Below are positions 46,920 to 60,899 of a DNA stretch of 64,000 nucleotides, piece after piece (position 1 is the first letter of the stretch; each line of letters starts with the position of its first letter). Position numbers and translations under genes: made by a program. The notes beneath the pieces were generated by a model. It did no database searches and was not told the DNA's origin. It saw nothing but the letters and a program-made list of their open reading frames with translations. The stretch comes from Vicugna vicugna (lineage: Eukaryota), in assembly GCA_013265495.1 (NCBI GenBank), contig MU057809.1, positions 919,062-983,061 of the forward strand, in the 5' to 3' direction.

Positions 46920-49900
46920 CCCCCTTCCTTGAGGACCAGTGGGGAGAGGGCAGACCTGGCCCCGCGGAGGCCATCCTGCAGCCCTGCCCACAGGCCGGTG
47001 AGCACTCCGCGGGGCGGAAGCACTTGGGCCACGGTCCGGAACCCCGACCCGCGGCGCCAGCGCCCACGTGGCCGCCTCCTCCTGGGGGAACGCTCTGCCA
47101 TTCAATCGCGGCCTTTCTTGTGGAGCAAAGAGGAGAAAGCTCATAAAAAATTAAACCTCCGGTTCCACGCGAAGTTGACCCCAAGGTCAGCAGCATTTCT
47201 GTGAACCTTTAGTTCAAAATCAAGTTCTCAGTTCCTAGAGGAGAGGCCGGCAAGCTATCGACCAAGACCTTTTCGGGCTGGCTCTGCAGAGAGAAATGAG
47301 GTCTGAGCTTTTGAGAAGCCCTCTCTGCGCTGTGACGGGCCAGCGCGGCCCACTTCAGTGAGGTCTCCATCAGAAGGCCAGGCCTGAGAACATCTACTTC
47401 AAGGAGCAACGGAAGGACACGGCGCACTCTGAAGCCGCGGGGGCCGTTTTAATGACCTTCCCTGTACTGACGGCAGGGACGCGGCTCCGCCCTCGCCTGG
47501 CAGCCCCCCACCCCCGGAAGGGCAGCGGTGCGCCCAGCCCAGGAAGGACCGGTGCCCCTGCCGAGCCCTCGCTCGTGCCTGGGGAGGGGCCAGGGCTCCC
47601 CACCAGGTCCTGCCTGGCGTCGGCACGGAGGGCAGAAACACGCCGGCTGCCATGATCAGACCCAAATTCAAAACAAGAACAGCTCTGAGGCAAGTGATCT
47701 TCCAGTGAGGGACCTGGTGGAGATGTTCACACGGACACTGGGAAGAGGCAGGGAGCTCCATCTCCAATGACTGTCCACAGTGCCCGCCACACAGCACCCA
47801 GCAACCCGCCGGGGGTCTTCTGTGGTTGAGACCTGAATCCACTGCGTGTGCACACGACTCACAGAAGTCACACTTTTGTAGGAAGCCAGGAAAACAGTAA
47901 ACAACACCTTATTCACACTCTGCAAAACTCCTAATGCATCTTCACGTCCAGGATCCGAGCAGCGAGGTCAGACCCCTACCCGTGCTCCCTAAGCGTCCCC
48001 TCCTCACGCAGGGTGAGCCGGGCCTCAGGGCTGGTCACTCACTCGAGGCCCCCTCCCCAGTCAGGACATGGTGCCTGAACTCCAGTGTCTCCCGTGCTGG
48101 GCCTCGTGCACCCTGGGCCCTCAGCTGGGACAAAGCCAAGCCACCATCAAATTGGTGATGCACTGTCTCTGTCTGGGGTGAAAAGGGCCCCCAGTGATCT
48201 GTCAGAAGGCGGGGCTCGCAGGCTGGCCGCAAGCTGGGACGTCATCCGCTCCACCCCGCCCCAGGGCCACCAGGAGGAGGAGGAGGTCAACAGATCTTGG
48301 TGCCATCACAGCTCATCAGGGAATCATCAGGCTAAAAATTCTGAAAGTCAGCCTGTGGAGAGTGGAAGGAAGGGCCGTGGAAAGGGCAGGGCGGAGCTCA
48401 GGCCCTGGGAGCCGGCAGCATCAGGAGCTGCCTGACCCAGCACGGGCTCTGAGTGACACCCAGGACTCCCGTGCCAGCAGGACGTGGGGACACGACTGAG
48501 TCGCAGCACATACCCAAAGGATGTCAGGGTTTCGGCTGAGAGCAAGATCACCACCTGCAAGGACAGGGCTGCCAAGATGCCGGCGGCAGCAGGTGAAACA
48601 GGAAGAAGCCAGCGGGGATGCGACCCAGCCAAAGGGGGCCTCCAGGGAGCAGTGCTGCGTGTGTCCAGCGATCCAAGGGCACAGCGAGGGTGCTCGGGAC
48701 CTCACCGCCTGCAGGGGTCGGGGCAGGGCACAGAGAAAAGGGGACGCGTACTGACCTCTAGGTGGTCTGAAGGTGACAGGGAGGTGGCAGTCAGATCCTG
48801 GTAGAGAAGGATCTCTCAGAGCTGCCCAGGGTGGGATAAGCTGCCTGGTGAGTGGCCAGGCTCCAGCCAGAGGGGCTTCAGCTACGGCCACCTCCTCTTC
48901 CAGAGGCAGCCAGCCGAGGGGGCTGCAGTGGGGTGAGGAATCACTGCTAAGACTTAGGGATTACCTCTGGAAGCCATGGCCTGGAGGACGAACGGTGGGT
49001 GGACAGGACACCCAGTGCTCAACAGGACACCTCGAAGCAGCAGACTGCACTCTGACCGGCGAGCGCTACCGCGCGCAGGCCTGTGGGGGTGGGGGTGGGG
49101 GCAGCTTCCTCCAAGCAAGGCTGCGTTTCCCAACTCCGTTTCACCAGCACCCTGAGCACAGGGCCTGGAGGTCTCTAAGGAAGGTGGGGTGCTGCAGGGG
49201 CAGGGGCCCACGCCTGTTACTGCCCGCAGCCTGCGGGCCCTCCTGTGGGCCGCCCACTCCGGTCCTGAAGGCAGGGCCTGCGCTCCCCTGCTGGGCCCCA
49301 GCTCGGGCACTTTGCAGGATGCGACTGAGGAAAGCAGAGAGAGGCCAGGGAGGCCGAGGGCCACAGACCAAGGACAGGCAGGACCACCACTCACACCGAA
49401 GCGCTTCTGGAGGAAAGACCTTCCAAGGGAGAGGCCGCGGGCAAGGAGCACTCGTGCTCCAGCCCCCGCCCCCTCGCCGTGGCTCCGCAGGTCTGACAGT
49501 CCCACTCCACACGCACGCTGAGCTCCGCTCCCCCATCTGCATCTCCAGGCCTGGTCCAGGCCCTTCCACCCCACCACTGGCCCCACTGTTGCCTGCTCGC
49601 CCACCACCCACCATACCAAGGCTCCGCTTTGAATCAGCCACAGCCTCCTGCTGTGTTCACAGAGCAGCCAAGTCCAAGGCCAGGCCCAGCTTCCCTGCCT
49701 CACACCAGGGTGCGCCCTGACTTGTGGGCACCTGGCTGCTGCGGCTGGGTTTCCATCGTCAGCAGCCACCTCCCCTCCTGCCACCTGACTCAAACCCATT
49801 CTCTTCCTCCACGTCAGGATCTGCTGAGTGAAGGCGCGTTCCTCCCCTGCTGCACCTCACCCACAGCCCAGTGTGAGCACCACCAGGTCTGCAACAAACG

Positions 49901-50226
49901 CTCTCCTGCGGCTCATAAGGACGGGGCAGGGCAAGTCTGAGGCCGGTTCACCGAGGGCTCGGGGCTCCTGGGCGACATGGGCCTTGGCACCCGGCAGGAT
50001 GGGCTGCAGGCGCCAAGCAGGTGTCGGGGAGGCTCCTGACCCGCCCGTCAGCGGCCCAGGCACGGGCAGCTCGGGCTGCAGGAGGGGGAAGCAGAGGGAC
50101 GTGACGGGGCCCAGGGCTGGGCCTGTGCAAGGACCCCGCTGGCCAGCTGGGGAGGGAGCCTGCCCTGCCGTGCTTGGGGAGAATCGCTGATGGAGGGCAT
50201 GGCGGGTTCTGAAACAGGTCCGATAC

Positions 50227-50278
50227 CTGCGGCCCCGGGTCCCTGGGCTGCGGCCCCGGGTCCCCGGGCAGAGGCCCC
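50227..50278. repeat. 21-bp GC-rich tandem repeat, about 2.5 copies (ctgcggccccgggtcccYggg)
   Basis: Read directly from the sequence. Confidence 0.85.
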
Positions 50279-52693
50279 AGCAAAGCCGGGCGTGAGCCCC
50301 TGAGCATCAGAGCTCAGGTGCTTGGAGCAACTCTCTGAACTTCCATTTCTCCGACAAAAAGGAAGCTACTGCTCTCTGCCTGCCTGAGGGGGCGGCGGGG
50401 GCCCCGACAAGACACGGGCAGAGCGCAGGACGAGTGTGCAGCGGGCAGACCCACCAGAAGGGAGAGGAGCCACCCCAGGGAGAGCCACTGGGCGAGTTCA
50501 CATCCCGCCTCCTTTCTGAAGCTTCACAGGCAACAAAGAGGAAAGCAGAAGAGGTCACGAGCCGGATAAAGTCGGAGCTGAAAGACTGACCCAGCGCCTG
50601 ACAGAGCTCTGCACTGCCTGTACGCTCGCACACCGGGTCCTGTGAGCGCCCCCAGACCCCCGGAGCACAGGGAACCGCTGCTGCATCCCTGTTCCCCGAC
50701 AGGGAACACACAGCTGGACGGAGGCGGGCTGGAGCCCCATCTGCAGAGCGTGGGCCCTTCTCACCGCATGGCCAGCCTCGACCAGCACGGCTGAGACCAG
50801 ATCTCGGGCACAGCAACGGGACCCGGGCTTCGTCAGTCTTGCCAGGTAGTAGCTTTGGCTCGTGTGGGGAGAAGGAGGGGGACCACGGAGACAGGAGGGC
50901 AGGAGGTGGGCAGCCCTTCCTGTCTGGGTCCTGCTCAGGCTCACAGGAGGGGCTGCCCTGGAGAGGAAGCCGTGAGCCTCGCCCCACCGCCCACAATGTC
51001 CAGGATGCCCAGCTGTCATTACGTACAGCATCTAATTCCAATCCTAAATGCCTCCAAGTGTCATTACACACTTCTCGGACAAAAAAAAAAAAATCCAAAC
51101 AGCGGAAACAAAACCAGAGAATGAGAAAAGCAAAGGCTGAAATAATTACCAATCAAAGGAGCAGCGGAGGGAGCAGGCGAGGAGCTGCAGCCTGGCCTGC
51201 GGGCCATTTCCCCTCCGCCTCCCATGAGCTCCCAAGATCTCATCAATTCGAATCACCAAATTCAATTTGCATTCCCAGATAAACAGAGGCCACACAGTAA
51301 ATACTCTCCTCTGACCTTGAAATGCGAGAAGGAAAATCACCCTTCGCAATTTCAATTCAATCCCAACCATGATGAATAATCCAATTTAGCTGATCCGTCA
51401 CCAACCTGTAACCGTAGGGGTGGGGCTGCCTCCAAGTTACAGGGTGGGGAGCCCAAGTGAGGCTGCTCAGAGCGCCCAGTGCCAAGGTGCCAGGCCCAAG
51501 GAGAAGCAGCCCCGCCCCAGGAGGCCACTGGGACTCAGGAAACGACTCGGCAGAGGCCGGAGGGCAGGGCAGCCCCTTGGGTCCCCCGGAGCAGCTGCCC
51601 CGGTCCCTGCAGCTCGTCCCTCAGGAGCACAGCCCTGCGGAGCCCACAGAAGACGGGTACCCGGGGGGGCCCGCACTCAGGGCAAGGCAGCGAGGCACAC
51701 GGGTCTGACCTACGGCGGGGGGCGGGGGCAGGCATCCACACCCACCAGCTCACTGAAGCCCACGGCACCCCAGAGGATGCGGTCATGCCCACCGTCCCCA
51801 GTAGGGCGGAGGACAGCTCTGGAACGTGGCCTAGCCCTCTCATCACGTGGCGTCTACACTGCTTTCCTGAGACAGAGATTCTGTGGCTTGAAAAGGCAAA
51901 AACATTCACTACCTGGCCCCTTCCACTGGGCTCCACCTGATCTACGTCCAGAAAGGGTCCGCCCACCGACGGCCCAGCCAGTGTGCCCCCTCGGGAGCCC
52001 ACAGCCCTCAGATGCCGGCTCCCCTCCCTGTGGAGGCCACTGCCCGGGGCACAGCTGCTCACCCTGGGCCCCAGGCACCCTCTGTTTCTACTCTCACAGA
52101 CTGGAGTGGTTCCGGGCCCAACCCCGCACCCCAACTTCCCCAGGCCCCGCAGGCGGCCACCTCCACGGACCTGCACGCAGCAGCACACACGGGGGGCCGC
52201 GGGGAAGGGCCCACAGAGCAGCGGGCCCGGTGCTCCTCCCCGGCTTCTCAGTTACCGTCTGCCTCCCGCCCCCTCGCTGTGGGGGACGCTGCAGCCCGGG
52301 GGTGGGGGCGGCCTTCCCAAGGTCACAGCAGCCAAGCAGCAGCCGGGCAAAAACCGCGTCCTGTGATCCGAGGCTCGGGCTGCCTCGCCCATGAGCCGTC
52401 TCTGTCCTCCCACACCCCTCGCCCCCTGCACCGAGGACGGCAGACGCCTGACAGCAGAGTGCCACATGCCCTGGGCCGGCGACAGCCTCCATCTAGGGGG
52501 AGGAAGGGCGTGCCCCCCAGGCTCTCTTGTGCGCTCTTACTAAGGGACCCAGAGCAGGGGAGAGAGACCCAGAACACATGAGGCTGGGTGAGAAGAGTGA
52601 ACCAGCTTCTGACCCCCGAGCAGCCCAGTAACAGGAGACCTGGCTAAACACGCACTTCAAACAGCTCCTGGGGGACGCTGCTCCGGTTCCCAG

Positions 52694-52721
52694 CCCTGAG
52701 CCCTGAGCCCTGAGCCCTGAG
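52694..52721. repeat. (CCCTGAG)4 perfect heptamer repeat
   Basis: Read directly from the sequence. Confidence 0.9.
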
Positions 52722-55700
52722 TACGAGGTCCTAAGCAGTGCACCTCAGTACCAGGAACTGAGCCTCAAGTACCAAACACTCAGGCAGAGGCTGCTCTGTG
52801 CCCCGAGGCAGGGAGGGGGCAGCGTGGGGCCGACAGAAGCACCTGCACTTACACACCTGGTCAGTCATGGTGAGGGTGAGGCGGCGGCAGCCCGGGCAGT
52901 GAGGCCGTCAGAGCCGTGTCCCTGCATGACCATGAGCGTGGACAGTCCCCAGGAGAGATGTGGAAGGGGGCGTGGTGGTGAGAGAGCCTGGCGGCCCCAC
53001 CAGGACACGTCCCACACCCGGAGCTCCAGCCGCGCGACTGACAGGCGGGTCAGCAGCCCCTTGCCTGCGGCGTGGGTGCCAGCGTGAAGGTCGTGGACCC
53101 CACTCCTGGTGCCGGGAGGTAGGCCTGAGTGCGCTGGCGGTGGGGGAAGGCTCCCCCTGGGGACACGCCTGGGACTCCTGAAGGCCCAGCTCCAGGTGGG
53201 GTCCCCATCAGGACCTCGGCTCAGGACCTCCCCACTCCATCTCCCCAAGAGACCACGGAGGGCCACGCAGCTGGGAGCTCCGGGGGAGGAGCCCCCACGA
53301 CAAGGCAGGGTGACGCTGGCGCACATGCCCGGGGGGCGCTCGGTCAGCGGCGATACTTCATCCCTCACCTGCAGGCACTTCACGCCCGCCTACTCCCAGA
53401 GGCACTCCAATGCAGCCGTTTAAATAGACGGGGAACGACCGTCAGAAACCAGACGCTACGAGACGAGAAGCCCACAAATCACGTCCCCGCGGGTCCCCAG
53501 CCCAGCGAGCGCCCCGGAGCCGAGGGAGGGCAGACACGAGGGCTCAGGCCTTTGCTCCCCGCGCGCCCTGCAGACCCAGCCCCGGGCTCAGCAGCGCAGA
53601 AGTGAAAACAAGACAGAGAGAGAAAGAGGGAGAAAGGCTTTTGAAAGGTGCCAGCTCCCATGCTCAAGGAGAGGAGTTCCCCATCTGGTGCAGGAGACAC
53701 AGTAAGGACGGAGCGGAGGGAGAGGACAAGGTCAGGACGCGGTCAGGTGTGAGGGCGCAGAGCTGGGCGCGCCCACCGTCCCAGTTGTCTGGGCCAGGGC
53801 AGGAGGTCAAAGGGCAGGACCAGATGGGGAGGATCGGACCAGCAGTAAAGGTGAGGGGGCACCACCTCACCCTCGTCTCTCCCGGAGGCGCCCCACGTCC
53901 ACCAGCAACTGCAACGCAGGGGCGCCAGAGCACCGACCGCCCACACCCTCCGCGCCTTCGAGCCCCACCCCTCCCGCTGCGGGCCTTCCGGCTGCGTCGG
54001 TCACCACGTGGCAGCTGGATTGAGAAAGCCCACGCCTGTCTGTTTCTCCTCCATGGACTGGGCCGTCCTCGGCCAGAGCACCAGCAGTCAGTGCTCCGCT
54101 CGGTGAGGCCTCTCACGGGACGCAGGTCCTGCAGCGCCTCGCCCCCAACCCCCGAGGAGCCCCCCCCAGGGGGCTCCGCTGGGGAGGGCCACACCGCCCA
54201 CCCCCCGCGTGACTCCCAGGCAAGCATGGCCCCCACGCCCTCTAAGTGCTGCCGCTCTAATAAACCTCTAGGGCATTGTACGTGCTGGAATGACAAACAT
54301 GAAAGGAGAAAATGAGATTTTAGAGTTAGCAGTTCCTCCTTCATCATCTTCCGTGTAGCCTCACTCACTGACCGCTTCCTCCTCCCCGGGCGTCGGGGCC
54401 GGGGCGGTGACACCTGACTGGAGAAAGGCCAGCTACTCGGTTTATTTCCTCTTGGACTTTGAGAGTCGGCTCAGACAGAGACCACCTTCCCGGGGCAGGG
54501 CCGGCGCCTGTTGGAGAAGCTGGGGCCCTGCCCTGCTGCCACGGGCGGGGCGCCGCAAGACCCACGCTGCGGACACTGCCAGGGGCCGGAGAAGAAGCAC
54601 CGAAGTGGGTCCCAGGGCGCAGGCCCGCGGCGTGGCTGTCAGGAGACTCCAGAGGACACAACGCCCTGGGCGTGGTCCCTGCGGCCCCTCAGGGTGGAAG
54701 AGGTGGCGGCAGCACGCGGCAGCGAAGCCCAGGACACATCGCGGCTCCCAGTGCACTAGTGCAGGGTGGTGCCGAGGAAACTAACAGTCACCCCCAGGAC
54801 CCCTCAGGACAAAGCGCTCTGCACAGAAGCTAACAGACGCCTGGCGCGCTGCCGGCACCCCTCTGCCAGCCTCCACGTAACTCCTGCTGCTGGCCTTTCA
54901 AGTGGCCACAGGCACCTGCTTATGGACTGCTGCAGGTGTCCCGGGGAAGCTCTGCGGTTCTCCCAGCGGCAAGGCCAGGCTGTGGCCCCGCGAGCCGGGA
55001 GGAGGTCAGACAGGAAAGGCAGTGGGTCTCAGCCAAGGCCCAGGGCGCTCGGGCAGGGTGGGGAGGCTCCTGGAAGGGGCGTCACCCAGGGCCGTGGCCA
55101 AGCACCAAGGGTGGGCGTCACACCTGAAGGGGGACAGCACGAGTGAGGCAGCGGCGCTGCGAGGAGCACCCCCCAACGAGACGGTGGGTTTATGTATGGA
55201 GCAAACACCACGTGGGCTTCAGGAAAAGGCAACGGGAAAACCACGAAGACCCCCGCAGAGGTCGAAAGCCAGTGGCAGCTCTGCACACCAAGACCAACGG
55301 GGCCGGGAAGACAGGTCCACCCACCCACGAGTCAGCCGGGCTGCCCGGGGCCAGGGCCTGGGCCGGGAGGGCTGGGGAGGGGGCAAGATCAGGGATTCAA
55401 GGAGGGGCCAGCTCATCGCCAGCTCAGTGACTCTGTGAGGACCCTCCTCCCATCAAGGCCTGGTGTTCCATGAAGACCCTACTTTGGAAGAGAGCACTCT
55501 GGGGACACTGACGTCCATGCAGTGCCTCTACTTCTTGTTCTGACATCTTACGGGACACCCAGCGGGGTGTTCTGATGACCCACGCGGGCAGGGCAGGAGG
55601 GGAGCAGGGGAGGCCGTGACGGTCCACAGTGTTCAGGAGGCCCTGCTCAGGACAGCTCAGAGAACAACTCTGGAGGTGCCGGAACAGACGTGCAGAGACG

Positions 55701-57124
55701 TGACGCTGTGGTGTGCTTACGATTCCTTGTTTGATTTTCTGAAATCCCTGGAGGAGAAAATGAGCCTGAGCAGCTGTGGGGACAGTCACCGCAGTGCCAG
55801 GCACGTCGCAGGGCCACCACCAGGCACAGGGGAGGGGCCAGGGGCCTCGGGGCCCGGGCGATGCAGAGAGCAGGTGGGAGACAGGAGCCGCCGTCTGAGA
55901 GGCGCAGACTCCCCGACACTGGAGTGGGCGCTGCTCTGCCCTCCCTCCCACTCACTACCGTGGTTATTTTCTCAGAAAAAGACACTCAGAGTTGACCTCA
56001 CGCCTGTGAAGACCCCAGGCGACACTGGGGGCCCCGACGAAGGAGCCGACACACATGTGGCCCAAGGCCAGGGCAGGACAAGGTCGTGCTGGCAGAGAGA
56101 CCTTGGCACCACGGGGCCAACAGCTCCTATCAAACACCGCGCCCCTTGCGGTGACATGGCCTGCTGAATCTCACCTACCTGGCCCCGCCACATCTGCCAC
56201 CGTGCCCTCTGGATACGGGGTGCCCAGGGTCTGGAAGCCTCCCCGTCCTTGCCCTACACCAGGCACGACCACTCAGCCACAGATCCACTAAATCAGTGCA
56301 AATCCAGTGCATCCTGTTCCAGGCACTGTTCCAGGCAAAGGAGACAATGGTGAACAGATCCAAGGAGCTTATGGCAGAAAAGCCGACATCCCAGGACGTG
56401 CCGGGAGGGTATGGGCCACCAGGGCCTCCTCCTCGGCTGTCCCGGCCACCGCCACGCCCCACTGCAGCACGGCCGGCTCCCAACTCCCAATTCCGGAGCC
56501 CACACAGGGGTGGGGGGGCGCAGCAGTCCCCCTGGGTCTCCTCACTCACAAGGCTCGGTCCCAACATGAGGCCACAGCACCGCCCGGCGGCTACAGAGCT
56601 GAGGGAGGACATCGCCCTGTGCCCTCAGCAGGGGGAGCAAGCCAGTCGCCAGGCACAAAGGCCAAAGTGCTCAAAGGCCCGGGCTCGCCTGGCCCACGGA
56701 TCACCCAAACAGCGAGTCCTGCCCCCAGTCAGGGACCGACCAGCAGACACGTCACCCCCACGTGGTTTCCTGTGCGGTGCTGGGCTCACCGCACACCCAC
56801 CCCACGTGCCAGATACCAAGAGCGCGGGAGCGAAAGACCGTTTCCCCGAACGAGCCCCTCACAGCAGACGGCACACGGGACAGTCCGGGGAGAAACAGCC
56901 CGGCGTGAGGGAAGGGCCTCCGGGAGCCTGAGCGGGGGGCCCGCGTCCTCCCCGTGGGCTCAGACTCAGCCCATCCTCGCCTCCACCTTGCCCCCCCACG
57001 GCCGGGGACCAATGCCTGGCTGCACGCAGGGCCCCCTCCCCCCGATTTACACAGAAGGCGCCGAGGGCATGTGGGGCCCCTCCTCAATGGGCCGCGCTTG
57101 GTTCTCAGCATCAACGACATTCCA

Positions 57125-59870
57125 AGACCATCTGCTGAAAGATTTTTATAAAATTTACCACTGTGACCACCGCAAGCGAGCCATCAGCGGCTTCTGTGTA
57201 TCTGCGCTGTTGCCCAGACAACACTAGCTCAGGAGACTCATCACCCCAAAAAGAACCTGTGCCGCCAGCAGCCACGCTCCACGCCCCCGGGCCCGGCTCT
57301 GACCTGCTCTCCAGGCACTGATTTGCCTGCTCTGGGCATTCCACACTCCTGGACCGGGCACCACACGGCCCTCCCTGGCCAGCTCCTTTCGGTTGGCACT
57401 GCGTTTTCAGGGTTCATCCTGACCGTGTGCGGCCCCTCCGCTCCCCTCACGGACGAGCAGCGCCCCCAGGGGGCCTGTGCCACGGCGGTCCTCCACTCCC
57501 CGGCCAGCGGACACCCGGCCCCTCCTGCCCCGCGGTGGTGGCTGTGAGCACCGCTGCTGTGGACCCCAAGTGCAGGGTGTCGTGTGAGTGTGCGATTTCA
57601 GTCTCCTGGGCCGTGTGGTGACCCTGCCGGGCTGGTGCCCACAGCAGCCGCACCCTTCGACATTCCTACCCAAGTCTGCGAGGGCTCCAGTTTCTTCACG
57701 TCCTCACCAAGATGCACCACTTTCTGTTTTTAAAATTATTACAAAAACGAGGCACAGTAACATGTAAGTGCCCGTGCGGCGTTATTGCCACGCACGGCAT
57801 CGCGGCCGTCCTGGTGGGTGTGAGGGGCGTCTCGCGGGAGTGCGGATGCTCCCCCTCCGCTTGCTGGCCACTCGCAGAAATGTCTGCTGAAGTCCTCTGC
57901 CCTTTCTGTGGTGAAATATACGTAACGTAAGGTTTTAACCACTTCTAAGTGCACGCATCAGCGGCATTAGTTCGTTCCAACTGCCGTACGACCATCACCA
58001 CCACCCATCTCCGGGACTCATCTCCCTGAAACCGAAGCTCTGCCCCGTTACACGCTGACTGCCCCGCCTCACCCCCGCCCCGCCCCCTCTCCTACTTTAT
58101 CTTTATGGGTTTGACTCCTCAAGAGACCCAGCAGAAGTGGCATCAGGCTGGCTCCCCCACTGAGCAGAACTCACTCAAGGTTCCTGCACGTGCAGCAGAC
58201 GTCCAAGGGCCCTTCCCTGCTAAGGCTGGCGCACCCCAGTGTGCAGAGAAGTCACGTCCTGTTCATCCTCTCACCTGTCGGCGGACACTGGGCTGCGTCC
58301 AGCGCTGGCTGCTGAGGATGGCGAGGCACCCCACCTTTCACACCCCTCCAGCGATGCACACAGGCTGCCATTTCTCTGCTTCCTCCCCAAGCCCATTCTC
58401 TGCTGGTTTGGAAGCAGCCACCCTGCTGGGGGAGGGGTGACGCCGCGTGGCTTTGACCCCCATCCCCCGAACGATCAGTGACACTGAGCATCTTTTCATG
58501 TCCTTATTGGCCATTTGTTTACCCACTTATTTCCTTTGGAGAAATGTCTATTCAAACACTTGGTCCATTTTTCAGTCAGGTTGTTTTCTTCATGTTGAGT
58601 TGTGAGAATTCTTTATATATGCCGGGTACTGGACCCTTAGCAGATACGTGATTTGCATATGTTTTCTCCCTTATTTGGGATGGATTTTCAGTCTCTTGAT
58701 GGTGTCCTGTGACAAGTCTAAGTTTCAAATGTTGATGAGATCTGCTTTGCTTACCTCGTTTTGCTTGTGCATAAAGACGCCTGTGCATCTGCTGCTCGGC
58801 ATCACAGTTAAGAAGCGATCATCCAAGGTCACAAAGACTCACGGCACCAGCGTTTCTTCTGAGAGTCTCACAGTTTTAGTCACTGCATCTGGGCCTCTGA
58901 CTCACATCAGTAACTTTCTGCACGTGGTTCAAGGCAGGACCCAAATTCATCGTTGTGAAGTTGTCCCAGCACCATGAAGTGAGTTAGGAAGTGTGTCCCC
59001 CTCCTCCACGTTCGGTGTTAACTCCTCCTATAAAGGCAAGGCGCAAGTCCCCGGCGAACTCTGCTGGAAATGCTTTAGACGCTGACCACCCGTTACGGGC
59101 CTGCTCGGACTTCCTGTTTCCTCTGAGTCGGTTTGGACGCTTTGCGTATTTCTGGGCGTTTGTGCCTCTCGGCTAGATTACCTGCACTGCCGGCGCGCAG
59201 TGGCTGTAACTCTCTCTCACGTAACTCACTCCACTTCTGCAGGCTCGCTTCCACCCCCCACCCCCGATTTTACCAGCGAGACTTCTCTCGGGTGGGCTCG
59301 GCCGCTCCAGCTCAAAGCTTGTCAGCTGTATTCAGCTTCCTCGTTGCTTTTCTCCACTGCCCCCTGTCCTCCCTTCCGTTCGCCTGTCTCCTGCATTTCC
59401 CCCCGTCTGCTTGCTGTGGGTCTGGGTTGCTCCTTTTCCCGGCTGGTCACGGTGGTTACGATCTGAGAGCTCTCTTCGTTTTTCAGCTTAGGCATCTGCA
59501 GCTCTGCATCTCCCTCTGAGCGCTGCTGCCTCTGCTCCCATGGCCTTCAGCACGCTCAGTTCACTCTTGCCCGTTACAAAGTACCTTCTAGCTGCCCCTG
59601 TGACTTCTTCTCTGACTCCCTGGTTATTACGCAGTATGTTAATTCCCACCTATTCGTGCATTTTCCAAATGTCCTTTTATCATTGGTTTCCAACTTCATT
59701 CCACTGTGGTGGGAGAGCACACTTGGTCTGATTTGGCCCCTTGTAAATGAGGCTCGTCTGGAGGCCTGACGTAGGGTCTGCCCCGGGTACCGTCCCGCGG
59801 GCTCTGGATAGGAAGGCGAGTTCTGCTGCTGAGGGGACTGTTCCACACGTCCCCAGGCCTAAACGTCCTG
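57125..59870 (-). mobile_element. Composite LINE-1: L1MB7/8-like host (3' end near 57125) with a second L1MB3/4-like 3' end inserted at about 57905, and an internal ORF2 deletion near 58975-58981
   Basis: tcatcaccccaaaaagaacctgtgcc marks the host 3' UTR, and tggtgaaatatacgtaacgtaaggttttaaccacttctaagtgcac marks a second 3' end. The block ggagaaatgtcta... occurs twice (about 57878 and 58538). Downstream, gagttaggaagtgt...ttccaacttcattccactgtggtgggagagcacact is ORF2 5' half. Confidence 0.8.
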
Positions 59871-60764
59871 GCCTACAAGTGGGGACAGAAGTCCCTCCTC
59901 ACACGTACAAGGAGGGCCACCGCAGCCCCGCGCTCAGACCAGGAGGACGCGAATGCAGACCTGTGGGATGGCAGAAACAACTCCGGTCCAGACAGATCCC
60001 CGAGGCACAAGGGCAGAGTCCTTCCCCACCCGCACGCTGGCTCCCCTCTGAAAGCACTCAGGCCTCTGACGCCAGGGCTACGTTTGGGTTTCCGGACGCC
60101 AAACGAGGAATCGCCTCAGTGATGGCAGGAAGCAAAGACCCGGAGACCTGGGCTGCGGGGGGCCTGGGAAGACTCCGCGGGCCCCACCCGGGCTGCTCTG
60201 GTGCAAGAGCCGTGTGGCCAGCGGGGAGCCACCCTCCCAGAGCCCCGCGGGGACACACAGGCCACCTCTCAGGAGCGGCGACCCCGGCTCAGCACTCGCA
60301 GGGGCGCACAGCACTCAGCCAGAGGAGGGCCAGGCTGGCAACAAAGGGAGTGCTTCTCTCCACACCAGTTCTTCACAGGAAGGGGATTTCGAAGCGGCCG
60401 TCTGTCTGTGAGATCAGCAGCCCGAAGCCGCACAGCCACACAAGGAGGAGCTGGGCTCAGGCTGAGCAGCAGGAAAAGCCCCGTTTAAACGGTAACAATG
60501 CGAAATGCTCAGGACGCACGTTACAGAAGTGAGGCCCCACCGAACCCTGGCTTCCAGGCAGCAAGGACTCCGGGCGGCCTGGCGAGGTTGGACCATACCC
60601 GCCCTCCCTGCAGGCCTCCCCCTGCCCAGCCCACCGCCAGGCCAGGAGAAGGGGAAGGTGCACCGGGCACAGTCATCAAGATGGAGCAGCTCCCCCCACA
60701 GGGTGCCTCCCCCAAGAGGGCACCCCCCACACTCACGGGTCCCTGTGAGGGGGATCTCTCAGCT

Positions 60765-60875
60765 TCCCCATCTTAAAAGCAAAGAAAATGAGACTCAGAA
60801 GGGTGACGAGAGTGGACGGGGCAAGAGCAGGACCAGAACCAGAACCAGGTCTGCCCGGCCCAGAGCCCCCCAGCC
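60765..60875 (-). mobile_element. MIR core fragment
   Basis: ccccatcttaaaagcaaagaaaatgagactcagaaggg...agaaccaggtctgcccggcccagagccc. Confidence 0.45.
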
Positions 60876-60899
60876 TGATCACGGCTCGGAGCGCGGACT

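Noticed and set aside
52722-52755. acgaggtcct...cagtacc resembles part of a tRNA-derived SINE
   Set aside because: There is no A box, the B box is not intact and there is no A-rich tail. Two short word matches are not enough.
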